Assembly (NCBI GenBank): GCA_010405405.1
Contig: MU004230.1
Coordinates: 592,627-656,626 of the forward strand
DNA: 64,000 nt
Source of the DNA: Microthyrium microscopicum
Lineage: Eukaryota
Direction of reading: 5' to 3'
Shown: positions 54,417 to 64,000 of the stretch, in pieces
How the letters are laid out: each line of letters opens with the position of its first letter
Numbering within the stretch: position 1 is the first letter of the stretch
Program-made: the position numbers and the translations under genes
The notes under the pieces: generated by a model
The model's database searches: none
What the model was told of the DNA's origin: nothing
The model's input: only the letters and a program-made list of their open reading frames with translations

Positions 54417-56205
54417 TCATTCCTCAGTCGAGGTGCGGACAGGCGCACAACACTTGCCGCCATCGCCACACTCATCGTCACAGTCTAGTAAACAGGCTGC
54501 TGAGCTGCCAAAGTCGCGTGGCCTGTTTGCTTCTGAAGCAGTATCTTCTTGCGAACAGGACTCTTGATCCGTGCCTGGCTCAGAAGGCGGATTGCTCGAA
54601 CCTGCTTGTTTCCGTTGAACGTCCTTGCACCAGAACTCGGGCTGGATCGTGCTGCTGTGGATACCATAGCCGTGCAGACATCGGCGTACCTGTCTGGCCA
54701 ACTCCATGTACTCTTCGCTACCCTCGCCTTTGAAATCAAAAGCGACGCGAACGTGCAGACTGGCGACGAGCTTGGTGTCGCTGAGCTGCCAGACGTGTAG
54801 ATGATGGCAGCCGACAATGCCCTTCAAGCTAAGAATATCGGCTTTGATATCATCGACGCTCAAGCCGGAAGGTGTGGCTTGTAGCAGGATACGGGAAGCA
54901 GCGCGACAGAGTGGTATGGCGGAACAGAGAATGATGACGGTGATGACGAGCGAGATGGCAGGGTCAAAGTAGAAGCGCCAAGAGAAGGGAGTCAGCCAGA
55001 TAAAGAGAGCTGTTGCGATAACTCCTATGTTGCCGAGAGCGTCACCAAGAACGTGTAGAAAGACGCCGCGCATGTTGAGGTCGCCGTGGGAGTGCCCGTG
55101 GCCACCTTTGCTGCCATGAGAGTGAGCGTGCCGATGTTGGGCATGTGCCTTGTTAGTTTGGTTCAGAGTTGGAGATGTGCCTGCGGATTCGAGAAGGGGT
55201 GTGGTTTCTCTAGACCCACGGTCTTCTTGGGGTATTAAGGATGTGTCGACGGCTGATTCGTCTTCATCATCAGTAACTGGTTCTGACGTTGGGTCTTCCA
55301 TTCGACCAGCTGCAATGATGCCATTGCGGAGGGATGCTGGGTGTACATGTATATCACTCAGAGTGGAGTATTGCCGAGATCTTCTGCGATTGTGATTTTG
55401 TCGACCTGGAACCGCTAAGGAGTTTCGATAAGATGAGCTTGAATTACGCTTGGGTGATAATGTTTCCTGGCCGAGTCTCGATTCCGTGGACATTCTGACT
55501 CGGTTTTCTGGGAGAACATCTGCAACGTTACCGCTTTCATCGGCAACTGTAGCATCAGTAAAGTGGTGGGGAATCGCTCCCTCTTCGGAAGCTCTATAGT
55601 CATTGGAATCCAGTTTTTTCTTTTTCGTGGTTTCTTCCCCGTGTGAGTGACCATGGTCATGGAAGAGGAAGAGTCCGAGTATGTTCATGGATAGTCCAGC
55701 ACATCCAACTCCAAGGATCCATTTGGGGCTGGTAATCTCCGGCGGGTCAAAGAAGCGTTGAATGGCCTCCAGGAAGATAGAACAGCACAGTGCGACGAGG
55801 AAAACTCCATTGATAAGGGCACCCAATGTTTCTGCGCGTTGCCACTATTACCATATTAGCAAAGCCGAGCTCAGGACTCGTGTTTACTTACACCGTATGT
55901 ATACTGCTTTGATCGGTGTTTGGACTGAGCAACATTGACAGCCCAAAGTCCAACACATAATGATAGTACATCATTCAGCTGTAGGTTGTCGTTAGCATGT
56001 TTGTGACGCGTAAGAGGAGATATTTCTCACCATGTGGAAAGAATCAGCTACGAGAGCGAGAGAATGAACCATAATGCCTAGAGGATGTTAGCTATTGCCA
56101 TGTGTGAGATATGTTGCAGCACGTACCAACTATGAGTTCTATAAAAAAGAATATGCCATTGATGCCGAGCAGAATTTGCATTCTGCGACTTTTTGATAGC
56201 GCCAT
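54417..56205 (-). CDS. ZRC1: Cation diffusion facilitator zinc transporter (Zrc1/Cot1-like)
   Basis: SLALVADSFHM|LND, TYG|WQRAE and LNMRGVFLHVLGDALG motifs; His-rich loops; HGYGIHSSTIQPE; Cys-rich tail; three 5' introns. Confidence 0.93.
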
Positions 56206-56499
56206 GATGGCTAGAATTTGCTGGTCTCTCAGCCAGAAGGCGATGTAGGGATTTGGTGATAGAGATTCAAACGATGTTGAACATGATGCGGTTGCAAAGG
56301 CTTGCCTCGGGGGTTAAAGATAGCAGAAGTATCAAGGTTTGGAGTGGCGGTGGAAGTAGAGAAGTAGTAGAGATGGATTAATCAGTATCTGATGATCCAT
56401 GGAAGTTGCTCGCTCACTCGTGCTATGACGAATTAGCGATCCGCTCAACCGCTTACGGCTAGAAGCTAGCTAGCCGCCTAGCGCTATTCCGTATGAAAA

Positions 56500-57340
56500 C
56501 AAAATGTTAGCGTCGATTTCCCAGTGCTTGCTGCACGTTTTGATGCGAGGTTGCCAACTGCCCTGCATATTTTCTTCATCCCGGCCAATTTCTGATCACC
56601 AATGTCGTTCATCTAGATCTTTCACTGCGGATCCGACCCGATTTTACACATGTACAACATTATGGGCGCAGAGCAGTAGAGAACTCTTCAAGAGGCTTCT
56701 TGAACATGGACGTGAGATTGACTGCAAGCACAAACGAGCATGAAATTACCCGTCCGTCCACAGAAGAAACAGCCCTGCCATGCATGAATCAACATTTATG
56801 ATATAATCCCCGAGCTAGATCAGGACATATTCATCTTCTCATTCCAAATCCATACAATCATTGCCCCAATACCCCTCCCCCTATTACTTCGCGGTCCGAA
56901 CTCAATGTACTACGCGACACAGAAACAACCCTTCCCCAGTAAGGACTTTCCGTGGCTGGCATCATAGACCTCCACCAAGAAGTCGAGTAGCAAGATCATT
57001 GGATAATATCCAAGCAGGTCAGCCGGAGCAATTGAGCAGCGATAAGCTCAGTCAAAAAGCTGCACCAATACTCCAGCGCAAGACGTGGATCATGTTGCTC
57101 TAGTAAGAGGTCAAGTACTCCTCAAGTACTCTAGAGTCTTTCTCAGGTTCGTATCTCTTCTATTATTATTCTTGAAGCCGAGATGCAAATTCAGACTTGG
57201 GGGACATCCTGTTGTATGCTTCGCTGCTTGGAGAAGGGTCAGGAAATCTTGTATCGTAGAGATAGTAGAGTACTAGTAGTTTTCGATGTGAAGACGACCA
57301 AATCAAAGCAATGATGGGAGATTTAGTACATTTTATTCTT
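56500..57340 (-). pseudogene. Possible gene relic damaged by RIP leakage
   Basis: Minus-strand frame QQDVPKSEFASRLQE***KRYEPEKDSRVLEEYLTSY*SNMIHVLRW; the stops TAA TAA TAG would revert to Gln codons. Confidence 0.3.
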
Positions 57341-57389
57341 CATAAAGCATCGCCCTAAATATTAATGGGAAAATATTGATTACCCATGC

Positions 57390-58927
57390 CTAAGACTAGA
57401 CATCCTCGTTAGGGGATGCCTAATAGCTTAGCGAGACGCTAGCTTAGAGGCTTAAATGCTAAGAGAAACGCTAGTACTTGTAAATGTACTACTATACTAC
57501 TAAAAATAAAGTATATATTTTTTTTTTTTAATATACTAATCAAAATATAAATTAGAAGCAATTCCGTCCTTAGAATCCTCGTCTTATAATATTATTAGTA
57601 TTAAGAACTCTTTATCTTTAACTTATCCTTTTAAAGCCTTCTTTTTAGCTTCCTTTACTTCTTTACGTTATAAAGTAGCTAATTCTTTATCTCTTCTCTT
57701 CTAAACAGCTTCTTAAAGACGTCCTACTTATATCTTACGAAGCTTTCTAATTAAATAGTTAATAGAATACTTAGATTAGCTTAATTTAGCCTTCTTAGTA
57801 TTAACTACTCTTATCTTACTAATTTATAAAGTATATATTTAGTATTAAGAATAAGCAACTCGTAACGCTTTAAAAAGCTTTAAAGCTATTCTTATTAAAG
57901 AGCAAATATCTCGTTCTAGGCCCTCTTAAATTATCTTAACATTTCGCTTCTTCTTTAGTATTTAAATATCCTTAAAATAATCTTTATTAAGAATAGCCTT
58001 CTCCTCTAATAAACTTAATTTAATAACTAATTAATCTAGAACTATCTATAGATTAAAAAGATGAAGTTCTAAGTCTTTAAATACCTTCTTAATTATTCCT
58101 AACTTTATTATCTTTTATTAAATTATAAAGATTTAGTCTAGAAAGTCTACTTTATTAAGATTTAATATTCCTTTACAAGCAAGATTACTAATAGCCTTCT
58201 AATACTAGTATTTATAAGGCTAATAATAAGTAATATCTATTAGTTATAGAATTTATAAAGTATATAAAGGTAGGAAGTAAGGAATTATCTTATTCTTAAG
58301 ATAATAAGTATAGAATTCCTTCATTAATTAACTTAAATATCCATTAATAATAAGAAAACGAAATTTACCTCTTTATTGCCTCTTTAACTCTAAATCAAAG
58401 TATTTAACCTATCTAAGGAGTATCTTATCATTTATATAAGCTATTTCTAAAGTATTAAAATGCTAGGAAGCAAGTAAAAATGTCTTCCTAACCTAATCTT
58501 CTTAAATTTTACCTAACTTTAATTTAAGGATAACTAGAGGTGGAATACTATTACTAGCTATACTTATTACTTTAATTATTATATAGAGTTCTCAATTTAA
58601 ATCTTTAGGCGTAGTTATTCTTCTTTTTTTATTACTTCTTTAATAATCTACTACTATCTCTTAACTACTAATTCCTATCCTAAATCCTTCTTTATCAACA
58701 TTCTAAAGGTCCTTAGGTTAAATCGCAAGCCTTTAAAGCTTACCTTTAAGATCTTTAAACTATTTAGTAATTATAATTAGATCTTCTGCGGCATATCTAT
58801 CTAATTCCTTTAGATTATTAGCTCGTAGTATTAAATTAGCTTTATAACGAGTTATAAATTAACGAGACTAGTAAGGACTAAGAGAGAGGGGTTTAGGATT
58901 AAAAGCTAAGTAAGGACGGTCCTAGAT
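57390..58927 (-). mobile_element. RIP-degenerated pogo/Fot1-like (Tc1/mariner, DDE_1) transposon, 5' part interrupted
   Basis: Minus strand reads NVDKEGFRIG (~58670-58705) and FRFLIINGYLS..KEF..Y..NKIIPYFLPLYT..IL*LIDI...PYK (~58200-58370), RIP versions of NxDETGF and LDGHxSH...LPPHTSHxLQPLDV. The left boundary is approximate. Confidence 0.8.
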
Positions 58928-59153
58928 TGTAATGATTCCTCTTTATAGGCTTCATAGCAGTATTATGAGAGAGATCTCGTTATAAGATTACGCACTAGAC
59001 CCAAGGGGGTTAGCGCGCTTAAGGATCTGCTAAGCAGACTTATTTCCCTTGTAGATCTATAGCTCTTTTAGATCTTCTTCTCTCTCTCTCCTATTTATAG
59101 ATTCTAAAATATAATCTAATTATTTACTTACTTAAGTTCTATAGCTCGTTATA
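58928..59153 (+). repeat. Putative 5' LTR (about 226 bp)
   Basis: Begins TGTAATGA and ends TCGTTATA, a RIP-altered TGTAACGA...TCGTTACA inverted terminus, exactly where transposase-like coding stops. Confidence 0.65.
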
Positions 59154-62100
59154 TAATCTATAAACTATTTAAATATTTATATACTTATACTATACACTCT
59201 AGAATTTACTTCTAAAGAAACGCCTATATAGATTAATATTCTATACGCGTAATCTTAAACTTTATTAAAGATTCTTTATAGATTTACTAAATCTATTAAC
59301 TCTATTAACCCCTTATCTAATTAGAGCGTTAGAATTCTTTAATACTCTTAGACCTACTAATAGCCTAAGTATTAATTACTCTTTATCCTTAGTTCTATAG
59401 AATACTAAAGTTTATCTTCTATACTACTACTAAATATTTATAATTATACTTAACATACTTACTATTAAAACGCGTTAAATAAATAAGCATTCTCTCCTAG
59501 TACCTTTCTTTATTATTTATAACTATAGCTAATAAAGCTTCTACCTAATAGACCTAAGTTAATAGCTATATAGCCTACTTACTATTTCTAGTTATTTATA
59601 CTTAGCCTTATAATTAACGTTAATCCTTATCTCTTATATATTTACGTAACCTATCTCTATTGTATTACTTTTCTACTATGCGTACTAAGTATTAAAGTAG
59701 ATTTAATACTTAAAATATAATATAACTAAATACTACCTAAAAAGTAGTAGATTTAGTAGAAAACGTCTTAAGACTATTAAAACCGCTAGAACTAGACTTA
59801 AGAGTATTATTAAAAGATAAAGATAAGTTAGAAAATAATTATCTATTAAAATAAGGCTATAAAGATAAAGAGACTAAAGCGTTAAAAAACGCCTCTTAAA
59901 ATACTAATTAAATAACTTTACTAAACTAAATAAATATAAGAAATAACTAACTACTAGCTCTTTTTTAACCTAATAATAATACTAGACTTTTTTCTAGAAT
60001 ATATAAATAGCTAATAAAACTATACTAATAAGCTAAAAACCTTAAAATACTACTTATATTAATATCTTACTACTCTATAGTAGTAAACCTTAATTAACTA
60101 GTTACTCTAACTATTAATAAGAACCTTCTAATCTTCTAAGCTACTTAAGTACAAAAGATACCTAATAAAGAAAGTAATAAGCTAAAAGATATAGAAGTAT
60201 ATCTTTATTATAAAGAAAAGTAATTAGACCTCTATTATTACTCTTACTACCTAATTAAATTAGGTATAAATCTAGAATATCTATTAAAAGAAAAGCTTAT
60301 GCTAAATAACTTAGTTATATAGCTTTACGCCTCTCTATTAGCTTCTTAAACTATAGCCTACTTCTTTAAAATTAAGCAAAATATAAATACTTATAATATA
60401 GACTTAATCTATACTCTCTAAGAAGAAGCTCTAAAAGCTTAGAGAGAGATATAGAACTTAATTAAAACTAATAATAAACGTATAAAGTAGATTACTTACT
60501 TTAAAGCGTAAATTTAAGATAATACTATTATCCTTAAAGAAGTAGTAACTATTTACTAAAAAGTATAAAAACTATAATATAATAATAATCTACTTAAAGA
60601 AGTACTTACTATCTACGTTAATAAAATTAGTAAATATTATAAAGCTCTATAGAAGAAGATAAATAAAGCTATTATTCTTTAAGCCTAAATTAACGCCCTT
60701 TAAAAGAAACTCTTAGCTATTAAGGTAACTAATTCCTATCTTAATTATAATAAGTTAATAAATAATAATTTATTTTACTAGACCTCCTTAGCTTAAGATA
60801 TAGACTAACCTAACTTAAATATGCTTTTAGAAGTACTAGACTTATATTAAATTACTTCTTTCTTTAATCTTAACTTAATTAGTAGTACTTCTCTCTTTAA
60901 GGTATAAAGTAATAAGTCTTTACTCTTTTTAAAAAAGAATAAATAGAAGTACTACGCTTAGAAAGGTAAAGTATTAGATTATCTTAATAATAATATATAA
61001 GTCTATCTTATAAAAGCCTCTAAGATCTAAGTTATCTAAGGAGTAATAAAGAATTAGGCATTTAGTACTATTAATAAGTAAAGTAACTATAAGTTAACTA
61101 ACCTATATTTATCTATAGTAGAGATATAGTCTAATCTAGACTATAAGTATAGTATTAAAAATAGCTATATTACTACTAAGACTTAGCTTAAAAGTTAAGA
61201 AGCTATAATAAAGCTTATTAAGAAGCTTAAATAATTCCTAGCTCGCTTCTTAGAAAACTTATAAGAAGCTAAGCTTAATAATTAAGATAAGATTATTAAA
61301 ATATATCCTCTTCTACTTCTAAAGTTTATAAAGAGAATACTCTTTATAGAATTAAAAATATTTACTAACTTCCTTAAAAGCTTATACACTATTGCTTATT
61401 ATATTAAATATGTTCCCTTTACTAATTTATAAAGCTATAATAATAATAATTATCTAATAGCTAAGGATAGTAGATAGAAACTAAAGTTTAACTATTCTTT
61501 AGATATTTATAATACCTTAAAGGCTAATAATTGTTATATAAAGTATAAAAAGAAGGGCTATAGCTATTAGTACAACTTAGTACTATATAAAAATAAAGAC
61601 GTTTTTTTAGATACTAAAATTTAACTAAAGATTACTATTATTATTATAAAGTTTACTACTATCTATAATTAAATTACTACTTAATCTCCTTAGTTCCTAA
61701 TTATAAAGAATAATTACGACGAGTATAATTATAGTAATAATATAGAAAACTAAAAGCTCCTTTATAAAGACGCGTAAAGGAGCTAAATAAGTAAAAAGTG
61801 TATAATTAGTAATAAAAGAAGAAGGAACTTAACTTTAAGCTAGTTCTCTCTAAAAAATAAATCTAATATAAGGTTAATAAGACTATCTAGCGCTTAAAAA
61901 ATAATTTCTAATAAGCATTATCCCTAAAGCTTATTATATTTAATAATACTAAACTAGTTATTATTAAGATATCTCTTATCTTTATAGTATATAATTTCTA
62001 TCTCTAAGAAGTAGCTACTATATCTATAGTAAGCAACTAATAGACTACCTCTAATACTATATTCTCTCTAAAATAAGACTACTACTTAAAGATTAATATC

Positions 62101-63456
62101 CTTATAGATACTAGTAGTAAAGTAATAAGAATTATTTATCCTAACTTTATTAAATAATATAGAATCCTTATTATTAATCTCTCTACTCTCTAAATTATAT
62201 AATTAGCTAATAGTAAGGCTATTACGAAAGTTAATAAAGCTATTATAGTTAACGTTTATTTAAGAGGATATATTAAATAAATCTACTACTTCGTTATAAA
62301 TATTATTAGCTATAACTTTATCCTTAATAACCCTTAGATTAACTTTTATAAAGTTATTCTTAAAAAAGGTAAAAAGTAAATCTACTTTAACTTAGACTAC
62401 TACCTTATATACTACTTACTAATAAGCTACCTAATCTTAGTAGATTATAAAGGCTACTTAGTTAATCTAATAAACCTTTACTTTAAAAATATTACTATAG
62501 TTAGTACTACTACCTTTATTAAGTTACTAGAATAAGGCTAGTAATTTAGTAAAATCTAGCCTAATAACTTTAAAGATAAAAAGGAAAAGAAACTTCTAAA
62601 TCTAGATTCTATACTAAAGGAAAATATTACTATTAACTTAGGTAAAATCTTACTTAAGAATTTTAAAAAATAGTAAGAGAAGTATAATAAGCCTTCTCTT
62701 TTATAAAAAGAGATTCTTAAATGCTTATTAAAGGAATATTACTATTATATAAACATCTTTAACCTAAAATTAAGTAATAAACTTATACTATATTATAATA
62801 AATAGGATTACTTTATTAATATTATTCTAAATACTATAATTTCTAAACGCTACTATAATAGCCTAAATTACTAAGAATCTCTTATTATTAAATAATACGT
62901 TAATTAGATACTTAGTTAAGATTAAGTTTAAGCTAGTAAGTTATATTACGCTATACTAATACTATATATATATAAGCTAGAAGAAAGAATTTAAGTTTAT
63001 ATTAATTATTATAGATTTAATAAGATTATATAAAAGAATTATAACGTCCCTTTATAGCTACTAGAAATACTTATTTATATTTATTACGTAAAATACTTTT
63101 CTAAATTTAATATTATTACTACCTTTATATATATTTATATTAAACCTAGTAATAAATATAAAATCGTATTCCTAACTTATTATAAATTATATAAATTTAA
63201 AATTATATCTTTTAGCTTTACTAGAGCCTTAAAGACTTTCTAAGCTTATCTTAACTATATTCTAATTAATTACCTAGATAACTTTATTATAGGCTATATA
63301 GATAATTTATTAATCTTTAATAATACTAAAACTAGCTATATTACTTATATCTACTTAGTTTTAGAAGTAATAAGTAAAGTAGGATTATACTTAGATATCT
63401 AGAAGTATAAATTTAATACTTAATAAGTTAAATACCTTAGCCTAATTATTACTACT
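58928..63456 (+). mobile_element. RIP-degenerated Ty3/Gypsy LTR retrotransposon (gag, protease, RT)
   Basis: Decayed zinc knuckle near 61525-61590; protease LIDTSS at 62101; RT motifs INYYRFNKI (63001), YFSKFNII...KIVFLTYYKLYKFKIISFSF and GYIDNLLIF (~63292, YxDD); protease directly followed by RT. Confidence 0.88.
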
Positions 63457-63736
63457 NNNNNNNNNNNNNNNNNNNNNNNNNNNNNNNNNNNNNNNNNNNN
63501 NNNNNNNNNNNNNNNNNNNNNNNNNNNNNNNNNNNNNNNNNNNNNNNNNNNNNNNNNNNNNNNNNNNNNNNNNNNNNNNNNNNNNNNNNNNNNNNNNNNN
63601 NNNNNNNNNNNNNNNNNNNNNNNNNNNNNNNNNNNNNNNNNNNNNNNNNNNNNNNNNNNNNNNNNNNNNNNNNNNNNNNNNNNNNNNNNNNNNNNNNNNN
63701 NNNNNNNNNNNNNNNNNNNNNNNNNNNNNNNNNNNN
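63457..63736. other. Assembly gap (run of N)
   Basis: About 280 consecutive N. Confidence 0.99.
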
Positions 63737-64000
63737 GCTATTTAGCTTTATTAACTCTATTTAAGTATTCTCTAATTACTATAACCTTTAGACGTTTATA
63801 ATAATAAAACGTCTCTCTTAATAATAAGCTAGATAAGCTAAGTTCCTTTCCTAGTTTTACTTTAAGATAAAATACTACCTAGGTATAGCTAATAGAAAAA
63901 TAGATATTCTTATTTATTAGTTATAAGATATTTTATAAAGTAATAATAACCTTTACGTCTCTTAATAAGTCTAACCTTTACTATTTCTATACTAATTTAA
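63737..64000. repeat. RIP-degenerated AT-rich sequence
   Basis: Same CpA/TpG depletion and TpA excess as the flanking blocks. Confidence 0.75.

Noticed and set aside
48053..56205. Nramp and CDF transporters as a metal-homeostasis cluster
   Set aside because: They are separated by unrelated housekeeping genes (TFIIS, EAF6) and I found no convincing shared regulatory motif.

Overview
Fungal (filamentous ascomycete, Pezizomycotina) genomic DNA. A gene-dense, GC-balanced island (~10.5-57.3 kb) of 21 protein-coding genes, most with introns, lies between two extremely AT-rich, RIP-degenerated repeat blocks. Genes: secreted GH16 glucanase, CIA2, a Zn2Cys6 transcription factor, a PhzS-like FAD monooxygenase, BUR6, NUC1, TIM13, an L-type lectin, a saccharopine-dehydrogenase-like oxidoreductase, POP3, PUS1, NTR2, an Sfi1-like protein, PTA1, a secreted carboxylesterase, a two-repeat hypothetical protein, an Nramp transporter, TFIIS, EAF6 and a CDF zinc transporter. 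The right flank is a pogo/Fot1 transposase relic interrupted by a Ty3/Gypsy LTR element. The left flank is an unclassified RIP relic with several tandem repeats and a boundary palindrome. The most interesting signal is an 89-codon in-frame extension directly after the EAF6 TAG stop, with an NLS-like tract and a SUMO-consensus repeat whose variation is partly synonymous. Other highlights are a Tim13 lacking one Cys, a 5-nt microexon and an unusually long PTA1 intron. All gene names come from motif recognition and all exon structures from manual splicing; no database searches were run.
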